A DNA stretch of 64,000 nt. It comes from Candidatus Levybacteria bacterium RIFCSPHIGHO2_01_FULL_36_15b. Lineage in GTDB: Bacteria; Patescibacteriota; Microgenomatia; Levybacterales; UBA12049. Positions 56,007 through 64,000 of this stretch are shown here, one piece after another (position 1 is the first letter of the stretch; every line of letters begins with the position of its first letter). The notes beneath the pieces are model-generated. The model was not told the DNA's origin. It searched no databases and worked only from the letters and a program-made list of their open reading frames with translations. The stretch covers positions 7,516 to 71,515 of the forward strand of contig MFNK01000009.1 in the NCBI GenBank assembly GCA_001782045.1, in the 5' to 3' direction. Made by a program: the position numbers and the translations under genes.

Positions 56007-56432
56007 TTGTTCTCTAGTTTTCTAGATGTATTTAAGCAAGACCCTGATGTTCTAGAAGCCACAGCAGATTCCTTCTTTGATTATGGTGGGTCTCACGATT
56101 TTATAGAAATACCTAAAAGTAATTCTGAATATGAAATATCTACAGCTGATGATCCATATAATGGGGCTGTATATAGATTAGATATTGTTAGAAGAGAGGG
56201 AGAGGTTGAAGAACATCTAATTCTTAAAAGCGCACCCGAGAGGTTTAGAGGAAGCACCATAGTTATGGAAGGAGTGGGGTTTATATATCAATACCGAAAT
56301 GAGGAGACGCAAGGGTATCGTCCATACTCAAATTCACCAATAGCTTTGGATGCTGCTCGAACTCTTTTAGAAAAAACAAAAAGAGATTTTCAAGATGCAC
56401 CCCAACCAAATCCGGCCAATCCTCAGACTTAA
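56007..56432 (+). CDS. hypothetical protein (TTG start; C-terminus ends in the Pro-rich APQPNPANPQT)
   Basis: 141 aa, no recognised domain. Atypical composition (R/E/Y/G). Weak SD. Confidence 0.4.
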   Translation: MFSSFLDVFKQDPDVLEATADSFFDYGGSHDFIEIPKSNSEYEISTADDPYNGAVYRLDIVRREGEVEEHLILKSAPERFRGSTIVMEGVGFIYQYRNEETQGYRPYSNSPIALDAARTLLEKTKRDFQDAPQPNPANPQT

Positions 56433-56601
56433 ACGCTCCCATTAAGAATCCACAGGTTAAAATTCAAACGCGAAAACCTATCAGCCTCCTCTTGCAATTG
56501 ACCTCATCAATATATATAATTACAAGTACAAAATGGCTAAAACACAGGAGGTGATGTTAGCTACATAGGAGTAAATTCGCTACTTTTTTTGTAAGTAAAA
56601 G

Positions 56602-56630
56602 CGGCTCTATGTGGCCGCCTTTTTGTTGTT
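56602..56630 (+). terminator. terminator/attenuator-like hairpin (GCGGC-n8-GCCGC + T-rich run) 10 nt upstream of the rplC SD
   Basis: Stem 56602-56606 / 56615-56619, then ctttttgttgttt. Preceded by a candidate promoter TTGCAA-N16-TATAAT (56493-56520) and an 11-codon mini-ORF (MAKTQEVMLAT). Confidence 0.4.
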
Positions 56631-56640
56631 TAGGAGAATT

Positions 56641-57579
56641 ATGCAAATTTTATCTTTAGTAGGAAGAAAAGTCAGTCAAAAACAAGGATTTTTGCAGAAC
56701 GGTAAAAGAGTTCCGTTAACTGCAGTAAATGTGATGGGTAACATGGTAACTCAGCTTAAGACAGCCGACAAAGAAGGCTACACTGCAATTCAGCTAGGTA
56801 TGGATATTAAGAAAAAACCAGGCAAAAGAGACCTGAATAGAGCAAAACAAGCGGGGCTAGAAAAAGCACCCCGCTTTTTTACAGAAATAAGAGTGGATGA
56901 TCTTGAAGGTGCAACCCTAGGCGCAGAATTAAAATTTGAGGAAGTTTTCGTTCCCGGAGATATTGTTGACGTAACAGGAACTTCAAAAGGAAAAGGATTT
57001 GCAGGAGGAGTAAAAAGACACGGATTCCACGGAGGACCTAGAACCCATGGACAATCAGACAGGGAAAGAGCGCCCGGCTCAATTGGTCAAACAACAACAC
57101 CAGGAAGAGTTTATAAAGGTAAAAAAATGGCAGGAAGAATGGGAACAGATACGGTAACTGTTAAAAATTTAGAAATTATAGAAGTAACTGCAGACGGAGT
57201 TTTACTAATAAAAGGATTAGTTCCCGGACATTTAAACGGATATGTAACAATTAAAAAAGTTGGAGAAAATAAAAAATTTGAACCGTTATATAAGGAAGAA
57301 GTAAAAGAACCAATTTCAGAAAGCACCAGTGAAAGTTCAGAAAATCAGACAAGCGGAACCGACCTGTCGCATTCTTCGGATGACGCTCAGGCTGTTCAAC
57401 CTGAACAACAAAACCTAGAGTCACCTTCGCTAAATAACAGCTCGGCAACTGACTCTGAAGATATTAAAGTTAATACTGAGCCGGCTGTCAGTTCACCTCA
57501 GAATGAACAGGTCGATACCACTCCAAAGAAAAATAAAGAAGAAATTAAAGAGGAGGTAGCTGAAGATGCCAAGAGCTAA
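56641..57579 (+). CDS. rplC: 50S ribosomal protein L3 with ~100-aa Ser/Glu-rich C-terminal extension
   Basis: ATG 56641 after SD aggaga (the ORF track's 56611 start is over-extended). L3 core then a low-complexity acidic tail. Confidence 0.9.
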   Translation: MQILSLVGRKVSQKQGFLQNGKRVPLTAVNVMGNMVTQLKTADKEGYTAIQLGMDIKKKPGKRDLNRAKQAGLEKAPRFFTEIRVDDLEGATLGAELKFEEVFVPGDIVDVTGTSKGKGFAGGVKRHGFHGGPRTHGQSDRERAPGSIGQTTTPGRVYKGKKMAGRMGTDTVTVKNLEIIEVTADGVLLIKGLVPGHLNGYVTIKKVGENKKFEPLYKEEVKEPISESTSESSENQTSGTDLSHSSDDAQAVQPEQQNLESPSLNNSSATDSEDIKVNTEPAVSSPQNEQVDTTPKKNKEEIKEEVAEDAKS

Positions 57580-58315
57580 AGCTCAAGTTAAAAGCTCAAA
57601 GTCAAAAGTTATAAAGAAAGAAACATCAAAAGCTCCAAAAAAAGCGGTAAAAGAATTATCTAAGCAAACAGGATTAAAACTAAGTGTTTATTCTGCAACC
57701 GGAAGAGTTTTGGAAAGCATGAGTCTTCCTAAAGAAATTTTCGGAGTGGAAGAAAACAAAAGCTTACTTGCCCAGGCTGTAAGAGTTTATCTTGCAAATC
57801 AAAGAAGCGGAACTGCAAAGTCAAAAAGCAGGGGAGAAGTAAATATTTCTACAAGAAAAATTTACAGACAGAAAGGAACAGGCCGGGCAAGACATGGCGC
57901 TGCTTCAGCTCCTATTTTTGTTGGAGGAGGAGTTGCTTTTGGACCAAGGCCCCACGATTTTTCATTAAAACTTTCTAAAAATCTCAGAAGGAAAGCATTA
58001 TTTATGGCGCTTTCTTCAAAGCTTGCAGAAGGGGAAATAAAAATAGTTTCAGGATTTGAAAAACTGGAGCCTAAAACAAAAAACATGGCTCAAGCTTTTG
58101 CAAAAATAGAAAAAGAAGGAAAGAAAAGGAATTTATTATTGGTAACTCCGGATTCAACCGAAAAATACGTAAACGTAGTTAAAGCAGCAAGAAATATAAA
58201 AGGCGTAGAAATTATGCCCTCGAGTCTTTTAAATACATATCAGGTTCTTAAAGCAAAAGAATTATTATTCATGAAAGAAGCAATAAACACACTAAAGGAG
58301 AGCGCAGCAAAATGA
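57566..58315 (+). CDS. rplD: 50S ribosomal protein L4 (N-terminal basic extension)
   Basis: 249 aa; L4 core (GTGRARHG...). Confidence 0.9.
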   Translation: MPRAKAQVKSSKSKVIKKETSKAPKKAVKELSKQTGLKLSVYSATGRVLESMSLPKEIFGVEENKSLLAQAVRVYLANQRSGTAKSKSRGEVNISTRKIYRQKGTGRARHGAASAPIFVGGGVAFGPRPHDFSLKLSKNLRRKALFMALSSKLAEGEIKIVSGFEKLEPKTKNMAQAFAKIEKEGKKRNLLLVTPDSTEKYVNVVKAARNIKGVEIMPSSLLNTYQVLKAKELLFMKEAINTLKESAAK

Positions 58316-58395
58316 ATCCCGTTAGAAAAATGAGTTCAAAAAAGATATTTCCAGAAATAAGGCTTAATATTTTAAGGAGGGTTTTCTAACGGGAT
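58316..58395 (+). promoter_or_regulatory. second copy of the ATCCCGTTA...TAACGGGAT inverted-repeat element (14-bp perfect arms, 52-nt loop containing AAGGAGGG). Right arm ends on the AT of the rplW ATG
   Basis: Arms 58316-58329 (ATCCCGTTAGAAAA) and 58382-58395 (TTTTCTAACGGGAT). rplW ATG at 58394. Confidence 0.45.
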
Positions 58396-58693
58396 GAATG
58401 CATTAAATATTATTTTACAGCCCGTAATTTCTGAAAAATCATTAAATGATGTAGGTAAATCAAGATTTACATTTAAAGTGGCAAGGAATACAAACAAAAC
58501 TGAAATTAAAAAAGCAGTAGAGGAAAAATTTAAGGTAAATGTTTTAAAAGTTTCAACGATAAGCTTAGCGGGAAAAGAAAAACAAATACGAACAAGAACA
58601 AAAGTTGCAAAAGTAGCAAACAAGCCCTTTAAAAAGGCAGTCGTAACATTAAAAGAGGGACAAAAGATTGCAATTTTTGAGTCAGGAAAATAA
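58394..58693 (+). CDS. rplW: 50S ribosomal protein L23
   Basis: 99 aa, L23 fold pattern. Confidence 0.9.
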   Translation: MNALNIILQPVISEKSLNDVGKSRFTFKVARNTNKTEIKKAVEEKFKVNVLKVSTISLAGKEKQIRTRTKVAKVANKPFKKAVVTLKEGQKIAIFESGK

Positions 58694-58695
58694 AT

Positions 58696-59451
58696 ATGAA
58701 TAAATTACAAATAATAAAAAAGAAAATATCAGGTAGAGACGCAGCAGGAAGAGTTGCGGTAAGGCACCAGGGCGGAGAGCAAAAAAGATATTTGCGCGTC
58801 ATTGATTTTAAAAGAGACAAAAAAAATATTGAAGGAAAAGTAGTATCGCTGGAATACGATCCGGGAAGAACAGTAGATATTGCGCTAGTGCAATATAGCG
58901 ATGGAGAGAAAAGGTATATTTTAGCGCCCGAGGGTCTAAAGCTTAAAGATATAGTTATTGCATCCGATAGAGCAGTTGAGCTTAAAACGGGAAATGCGAT
59001 GCCGCTTTCGGTACTTCCAATCGGTACGGTAGTTCATAATGTGGAGCTAAATCCGGGCAGAGGCGGACAGCTTGCAAGAGGCGCTGGTGCACAAGCAATT
59101 ATTGCAGCAAAAGAAGGCGGATATATACATCTTAAGCTTCCGAGTGGCGAAGTTAGAAAAATTTTGCAGGCATCTATGGCAACAATAGGCGCATTGGGAA
59201 ATGCAGATTTAAAAAACAGAGTATTTGGAAAAGCTGGAACAAAAAGACATATGGGAATAAGGCCAACTGTTAGAGGAGTAGCCCAAAATCCAAGAAGCCA
59301 TCCTCATGGTGGTGGAGAAGGAAGATCGGGAATTGGTATGAGCTTACCTAAAACTTTCGCAGGAAGACCTGCGGTTGGAAAAACAAGGAGACCAAAAAAA
59401 TATTCTAATAAATATATTTTACAAGGAAGAAAGAAAGGAAAGCATAATTAA
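58696..59451 (+). CDS. rplB: 50S ribosomal protein L2
   Basis: RVIDFKR..., HPHGGGEGR motif. Confidence 0.9.
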   Translation: MNKLQIIKKKISGRDAAGRVAVRHQGGEQKRYLRVIDFKRDKKNIEGKVVSLEYDPGRTVDIALVQYSDGEKRYILAPEGLKLKDIVIASDRAVELKTGNAMPLSVLPIGTVVHNVELNPGRGGQLARGAGAQAIIAAKEGGYIHLKLPSGEVRKILQASMATIGALGNADLKNRVFGKAGTKRHMGIRPTVRGVAQNPRSHPHGGGEGRSGIGMSLPKTFAGRPAVGKTRRPKKYSNKYILQGRKKGKHN

Positions 59452-59453
59452 GA

Positions 59454-59737
59454 TGGGACGAAGCACTAAAAAGGGTCCATTTGTTGATCCTAAATTAATT
59501 AAAAAAGTTAATTTACAAAAACAGACCGGTGATAAATCGGCGATTAAAACATGGAAAAGATCGTCCCAAATTCCGCCGGAATTTGTCGGACATACGTTTG
59601 CTGTTCATAACGGAAGAAATTTTATAAACGTGTTAGTCCTTGAAGGAATGGTAGGACATAGGCTTGGCGAATTTGCGCCTACTAGAACATTTAGATCTCA
59701 CGGAAGAGTAGTAGCAAGGGAGATAAGTAAAACTTAA
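59454..59737 (+). CDS. rpsS: 30S ribosomal protein S19
   Basis: [12 protein letters not shown]..., HNGR. The ORF track's 59375 start is an over-extension into rplB. Confidence 0.9.
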
Positions 59738-59738
59738 T

Positions 59739-60155
59739 ATGGAAATTATTGCAGTTTCAAAATCAGTTAGGGTTGCACCAAGAAAAGTAAGACTGGTTGC
59801 GGATTCGGTAAGAAAAATGCCAATTGAAGACGCGCTTGCCACACTTGGGCTTATAAACAAAAGAGGAGCTGTGGCAATAAGCAAAACATTAAAGAGTGCA
59901 ATTTCAAATGCTAAAAATAATAATAAATTGGAGAAGGATATGTTAATTATAAAATCTATAGAAGTAGCAGAGGCACCATTTTATAAAAGATTTAGACCTT
60001 CAACTCGCGGAAGAGTACATCCTTATAAAAGAAGAGGAAGCCATATTAAAATAATTTTATCCGAAAAAAATGTTCAGCTTGGGGCTAAATCAAAAACCGT
60101 AACGGTAAGGCAAGAAAAAGAAAAAAAGGAGGAAAAAAGTGGGACAAAAAGTTAA
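59739..60155 (+). CDS. rplV: 50S ribosomal protein L22 (C-terminal extension)
   Basis: L22 core; 138 aa. Confidence 0.9.
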   Translation: MEIIAVSKSVRVAPRKVRLVADSVRKMPIEDALATLGLINKRGAVAISKTLKSAISNAKNNNKLEKDMLIIKSIEVAEAPFYKRFRPSTRGRVHPYKRRGSHIKIILSEKNVQLGAKSKTVTVRQEKEKKEEKSGTKS

Positions 60156-60783
60156 TCCTAAAATATTAAGACTTGGTGTTGGTTTAAACTGGACAAGCAG
60201 ATGGTTTGATGACGTAAAGTACAAAGATACTCTGCTTGAAGATTACATAATTAGAAAATCATTGATGGAAAGGCTTAAGAACGCCGGTATTGCAGAAATA
60301 GATATTGAAAGAAGTATTAACAGTATTAAGATAACTGCTTATGTTTCAAAACCCGGAATGGTAATTGGAAGAGGAGGAACAGGACTAGAGGAATTAAAAG
60401 CATTTCTTTCAAAACTTTTAGACAAGAAACAAGTGAAAAATCAATACAAAATAGATACTCAGGTTGAACCGATTAAAGACCCTAATTTAAATGCATATTT
60501 GGTTGGAAGAAATATCTCAGACCAGCTTGCAAGAAGACTTCCGGCTAAAAGAGTTATGAAATCAACTGCGGAAAGAGTTATGGCAAGCGGTGCACAAGGA
60601 GTAAGGATAGTGCTGTCGGGAAGAATCGGTGGTGCGGAAATCGGAAGAAGAGAAAAAATTCAGCAGGGAACTGTTCCGTTATCAACCATTAGAGAAAATA
60701 TAGATTATGCATCCGTTCCTTCGCTTACAAAAAAAGGATATATAGGAGTAAAAGTTTGGATTCATAAGGAGGAAGAAAAATAA
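60139..60783 (+). CDS. rpsC: 30S ribosomal protein S3
   Basis: GTG start after SD aaggagg. KH + S3-C domains (MGQKVNPKILRLG...). Confidence 0.9.
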   Translation: MGQKVNPKILRLGVGLNWTSRWFDDVKYKDTLLEDYIIRKSLMERLKNAGIAEIDIERSINSIKITAYVSKPGMVIGRGGTGLEELKAFLSKLLDKKQVKNQYKIDTQVEPIKDPNLNAYLVGRNISDQLARRLPAKRVMKSTAERVMASGAQGVRIVLSGRIGGAEIGRREKIQQGTVPLSTIRENIDYASVPSLTKKGYIGVKVWIHKEEEK

Positions 60784-61194
60784 ATGTTAGTTCCAAGGCG
60801 TGCTAAATATAGAAAACAAATGAGGGGAACAATGAAAGGTAATTCATACAGAGGAATAACTGTTTCTTTTGGAGACTTTGGTTTAATGAGCGAAGGCACT
60901 GCTTGGGTTAGTGCAAGGCAAATAGAAGCGGCAAGAAGAGCAATAACTCATTATACACAAAGAGGGGGAAGAGTTTGGATAAGAATCTTTCCGGATAAAC
61001 CGATTACAAAAAAACCTGCAGAAACAAGAATGGGTTCCGGAAAAGGAGATGTAGCCGAATTTGTAGCAAGAGTTAAGCCCGGCAGAATTTTATTTGAAAT
61101 GGGTGGAACTACAAAAGAAATAGCATATGAAGCCTTGCGACTAGCAGGACATAAATTGAATATAAAAACAAGAGTGGTAGAAAAGGAAAATTAA
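60784..61194 (+). CDS. rplP: 50S ribosomal protein L16
   Basis: [15 protein letters not shown]... L16 signature. Confidence 0.9.
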   Translation: MLVPRRAKYRKQMRGTMKGNSYRGITVSFGDFGLMSEGTAWVSARQIEAARRAITHYTQRGGRVWIRIFPDKPITKKPAETRMGSGKGDVAEFVARVKPGRILFEMGGTTKEIAYEALRLAGHKLNIKTRVVEKEN

Positions 61195-61218
61195 TATTTC
61201 GATAAACTCAATATAATT

Positions 61219-61440
61219 ATGAAAAGCAAAGATAAAAAAGATTTATTTACAAAAAGCTTAACAGAACTTAAAAAAAAATTAAGTGACGGTAGAGACGAGT
61301 TGTTTAATTTAAAACTAGATTTATCGCAAAATAAATTAAAAAATACAAAATCTATAACGTTAAAAAGAAAAGAAATTGCTTTGATTTTAACAGCTTTAAG
61401 AGAAAAGGAGTATGAAAATGCAAAAAACACTAATAGGTAA
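61219..61440 (+). CDS. rpmC: 50S ribosomal protein L29
   Basis: 73 aa, L29-like helical protein. Position between rplP and rpsQ. Confidence 0.8.
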   Translation: MKSKDKKDLFTKSLTELKKKLSDGRDELFNLKLDLSQNKLKNTKSITLKRKEIALILTALREKEYENAKNTNR

Positions 61441-61651
61441 AATAGTTTCATTAAAAACCGAAGGAACAGCAGTAGTTGAGGTAACTAGAAAAACTGCTCA
61501 TCCTTTATATAAAAAGCTTATGAAAAGGAGCAAAAAATATAAAGTTGATACGGCAGGTATGAATTTGGAACTTGGCCAAAGAGTTAAAGTAGGCTCGATT
61601 AAAAAGATGTCAAAAGACAAATATTTTAAAGTTATTACAGTACTAAAATGA
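61418..61651 (+). CDS. rpsQ: 30S ribosomal protein S17
   Basis: MQKTLIGKIVS... OB-fold S17. ATG 61418 has proper SD spacing (the ORF track's 61412 start is too close to the SD). Confidence 0.85.
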   Translation: MQKTLIGKIVSLKTEGTAVVEVTRKTAHPLYKKLMKRSKKYKVDTAGMNLELGQRVKVGSIKKMSKDKYFKVITVLK

Positions 61652-62022
61652 TACAGCACAGAACAATACTAACAGTTGCAGATAATTCAGGAGCAAGAAG
61701 ATTGCAGGTAATTCATGTTTTCGGAGGGCACAAAAGAAAATTTGGATTCTTAGGCGATATTTTAAATTGCGTTGTTAAAGATGCATCACCAACCGGTCAA
61801 GTAAAGGCAAGTGAAATAGTAAAAGTTGTATTAGTTAGAAGCAGGAAAGAACATAAAAGAGAAGACGGATCATACGTTAGGTTTTCGGATAACGCAGGAG
61901 TCTTAATTGATAATGACAAAGATAAAAACCCAAGAGGCACCAGAATTTTTGGGCCAATTGCAAGAGAGATAAGAGACAGAGGTTTTGCAAAAATTGCCAG
62001 TATGGCTATTGAGGTAGTTTAA
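61648..62022 (+). CDS. rplN: 50S ribosomal protein L14
   Basis: MIQHRTILTVADNSGAR... L14 signature. Confidence 0.9.
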   Translation: MIQHRTILTVADNSGARRLQVIHVFGGHKRKFGFLGDILNCVVKDASPTGQVKASEIVKVVLVRSRKEHKREDGSYVRFSDNAGVLIDNDKDKNPRGTRIFGPIAREIRDRGFAKIASMAIEVV

Positions 62023-62023
62023 T

Positions 62024-62329
62024 ATGAAACTTAAAAAAGGCGATAACGTAAAAGTCATAAAAGGAAAGGACAAAGGAAAAAACGGAAAAATAGAAAAAGT
62101 TTTCCCAAAGGCCAAAAAAGTGCTCGTTGCAAATATTAATTTATTCAAAAGACACTTAAAAGCAAGGAGTCAAAATCAGCCTTCGGAAATTGTAACTTTA
62201 ACTAAACCAATTTCTGAAGCAAGCGTTGCTTTTGTTTGTCCAAAATGTTCTAAAGTTTCTCGAATTGGATATAAAATTCAAAAAGGTGTAAAATCTAGAA
62301 TTTGCACAAATTGTAAATCGGAAATTTAA
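62024..62329 (+). CDS. rplX: 50S ribosomal protein L24 with C-terminal C4 zinc-ribbon extension
   Basis: KOW motif then CPKCSKVSRIGYKIQKGVKSRICTNCKSEI. Confidence 0.85.
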   Translation: MKLKKGDNVKVIKGKDKGKNGKIEKVFPKAKKVLVANINLFKRHLKARSQNQPSEIVTLTKPISEASVAFVCPKCSKVSRIGYKIQKGVKSRICTNCKSEI

Positions 62330-62330
62330 A

Positions 62331-62870
62331 ATGAATACTTTACAACAAAATTATACCGAAAACATATCTAAAAAATTAAAAGAAGACTTAGGTATTAAAA
62401 ATGTAAATAGAATTCCTAAGCTTTCTAAAATTGTACTTAATATGGGAGTTAAGGGTGCATTAGACGATAAAAAAAATATAGAAAAAGCAGCCGAGATTTT
62501 AGCACTTATTTCGGGTCAAAAACCGGCAGTTATGAAAGCAAAAAAATCAATATCGACATTTAAATTAAGAGAAGGAGATCCGGTTGGAGTTATGGTAACC
62601 TTGCGGGGCAGAAGGATGTATGATTTTTATCAAAAACTGACATCAATCGTTTTCCCAAGACTTAGAGATTTCCATGGAGTAAAATTAGGAAGCTTTGACG
62701 GTAGAGGAAATTATACTTTGGGTTTTGCGGAAAGCACTGTTTTTCCGGAAATAGATCCAAGCAAAGCAGACTTACAGCAGGGACTTGAAATTTCTATTGT
62801 AACAACTGCCGAAAAAGATGATGAAGGAAGGGAGTTACTAAAGGCACTTGGAATGCCTTTTCAAAAATAA
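62331..62870 (+). CDS. rplE: 50S ribosomal protein L5
   Basis: 179 aa, L5 conserved blocks. Confidence 0.9.
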   Translation: MNTLQQNYTENISKKLKEDLGIKNVNRIPKLSKIVLNMGVKGALDDKKNIEKAAEILALISGQKPAVMKAKKSISTFKLREGDPVGVMVTLRGRRMYDFYQKLTSIVFPRLRDFHGVKLGSFDGRGNYTLGFAESTVFPEIDPSKADLQQGLEISIVTTAEKDDEGRELLKALGMPFQK

Positions 62871-62872
62871 AT

Positions 62873-63058
62873 ATGGCTAAAAAGTCGGACATAGTTAAAT
62901 TTCAGAAAAAACAAAAGTTCTCTACAAGAGATAAGAATAGATGCAATATTTGCGGTAGAGCAAGGGGTTATATGAGAAGATTTGGAATTTGTAGAATTTG
63001 TTTTAGAGAACTTGCACAGAAAGGAGAATTACCGGGAGTTATTAAAGCTACCTGGTAA
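62873..63058 (+). CDS. rpsN: 30S ribosomal protein S14 type Z (zinc-binding, 61 aa)
   Basis: [24 protein letters not shown]4 motif. Confidence 0.9.
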   Translation: MAKKSDIVKFQKKQKFSTRDKNRCNICGRARGYMRRFGICRICFRELAQKGELPGVIKATW

Positions 63059-63064
63059 ATTAAT

Positions 63065-63457
63065 ATGAATCATTTAGTATCTGATTTTGTAATTAGAATA
63101 AAAAATAGCGCAATTGCTAAAAGAAAAGAGGTTATTTTGCCGCATTCAAAAATTAATAAAGAGATCGGCAAAGTTTTGGTACGGGAAGGTTTTTTGGAGG
63201 ACTTAAAAGAAGAAGGGGAAAAAGGAAAAAAGAGTTTAAGAGCGACTATAAAATATGAAAATAGAATTCCTGTTTTAACCGATATAGAAGTAATTTCAAA
63301 ACCATCTTTAAGAGTTTATGGAAACATAAAAAAGATTAACGAAATAAAAAAGAGAGGCAGAAGAAGAGTAATAGTTTCAACCAGTAAAGGACTTATGACA
63401 TCAGAAGAAGCACAGAAAAAGGGAGTTGGAGGAGAAATACTTTTCGCCATTTGGTAA
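63065..63457 (+). CDS. rpsH: 30S ribosomal protein S8
   Basis: 130 aa, S8 C-terminus GGEILFAIW. Confidence 0.9.
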   Translation: MNHLVSDFVIRIKNSAIAKRKEVILPHSKINKEIGKVLVREGFLEDLKEEGEKGKKSLRATIKYENRIPVLTDIEVISKPSLRVYGNIKKINEIKKRGRRRVIVSTSKGLMTSEEAQKKGVGGEILFAIW

Positions 63458-63461
63458 AAAT

Positions 63462-64000
63462 ATGTCAAAGATTGCAAAAAAACCAATTATTATAAAAGAA
63501 GGAGTAACGCTTATAAATAATGGCGGGGTGGTTACCGTATCAGGACCAAAAGGAAGTTTAGTATTTAATATTCCAACAGGAGTTGAAACCGAAATAAACG
63601 ATGGTAAGGTAATGATAAGAGCGAAAAGTAAAAATCCGCAGTTAAGCCCTATGTTAGGATTAACAAGAGCATTGCTTGCAAACTTTGTTACAGGTGTAAG
63701 TGAAGGTTTTGAAAAAAAATTAGAACTTGCAGGGGTTGGTTACAGGGCACAAGCAACGGGTGATACACTTACGCTTTCCGTTGGCTTCTCACATCCGGTT
63801 ATAATAAAAGGCGAGCCGGGAATTACTTTTAGCGTAGAAGAAAACATAATCACGGTTTCCGGTATAGACAAAATACTTGTGGGAAATACGGCAGCTAAAG
63901 TTAGAAACATAAGACCTCCGGAGCCATATAAGGGCAAGGGCATAAAATATGTAGGAGAAAGAATAAGAAGAAAAGCAGGTAAAGCAGCCAAGGCATTAAC
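63462..64000 (+). CDS. rplF: 50S ribosomal protein L6 (3'-truncated by window edge)
   Basis: ATG 63462. MSKIAKKPIIIKEGVTL...GVGYRA L6 pattern. Runs to the window end, so absent from the ORF track. Confidence 0.85.
   Translation, partial: MSKIAKKPIIIKEGVTLINNGGVVTVSGPKGSLVFNIPTGVETEINDGKVMIRAKSKNPQLSPMLGLTRALLANFVTGVSEGFEKKLELAGVGYRAQATGDTLTLSVGFSHPVIIKGEPGITFSVEENIITVSGIDKILVGNTAAKVRNIRPPEPYKGKGIKYVGERIRRKAGKAAKAL

Noticed and set aside
56611-56640. Extended rplC start proposed by the ORF track (MAAFLLFRRIMQ...)
   Set aside because: The extension runs through the terminator hairpin and T-run. ATG 56641 has a proper SD (aggaga) and gives a canonical L3 N-terminus.
59375-59453. Extended rpsS start overlapping rplB
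   Set aside because: S19 begins [10 protein letters not shown] at 59454 in essentially all bacteria. The upstream extension is the rplB 3' end in another frame.
1-64000. CRISPR arrays, rRNA genes, tRNA genes, group I/II introns, integrase/transposase genes
   Set aside because: I scanned intergenic regions and looked for periodic direct repeats and found none. No ORF shows integrase/transposase motifs. The only repeats are those listed in findings and features.

Overview
This 64 kb window looks like a contiguous piece of a low-GC (~35%), gene-dense bacterial chromosome, and almost all of it is core information-processing genes. Shortened core proteins (MetRS, AlaRS, IF-2, Lon), ribosomal proteins with terminal extensions, and a sortase together fit a streamlined Candidate Phyla Radiation (Patescibacteria) type genome; that lineage call is inference only.

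Gene order, left to right:
- a 3'-truncated RND efflux permease;
- a Zincin-like peptidase;
- metG (minus strand);
- hrcA-grpE-dnaK-dnaJ, with a CIRCE operator overlapping the promoter;
- a four-gene cluster with no recognisable functional assignment (9.4-16.6 kb): an SF2 DEAH helicase interrupted by seven tandem ~36-aa repeats, a 574-aa protein with a wHTH-like segment, a small membrane protein, and a Clp-type double-AAA+ ATPase anchored by transmembrane helices and carrying a degenerate D1 ring;
- nusA-infB, then a catalytically dead DHH (NrnA-like) homolog, a hypothetical, rpsO and pnp;
- a Lon-derived AAA+ protein with no protease domain, abutting rnj;
- an ANT(2'')/Lnu-like nucleotidyltransferase, ftsK and a rodZ-like gene;
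- a ytxG/ytxH-like pair, mltG, a thymidine-phosphorylase-family gene, a sortase and a large membrane protein;
- a short alaS;
- a small accessory stretch (ImmA/IrrE-like peptidase, SRPBCC, PEBP, a Cys-rich protein with an overlapping 56-aa Cys peptide, an M20 peptidase);
- rpoB-rpoC, the str operon (rpsL-rpsG-fusA-tuf), and the S10/spc ribosomal protein operons through rplF (truncated at the window end).

Two anomalies stand out:
- Foreign-looking inserted genes interrupt otherwise universally conserved ribosomal operons. Two genes sit between fusA and tuf. Two more sit between rpsJ and rplC, and the rpsJ-side insertion is flanked by a second, purely synonymously recoded copy of the last 10 codons and stop of rpsJ. 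That pattern is the signature of 3'-end replacement by an integrating element.
- A 14-bp inverted-repeat arm pair (ATCCCGTTA..AA / ..TAACGGGAT) occurs twice, at 30.39 kb and 58.32 kb. Each copy encloses a Shine-Dalgarno sequence and closes exactly on the AT of the downstream start codon.

No rRNA, tRNA or CRISPR array was found.
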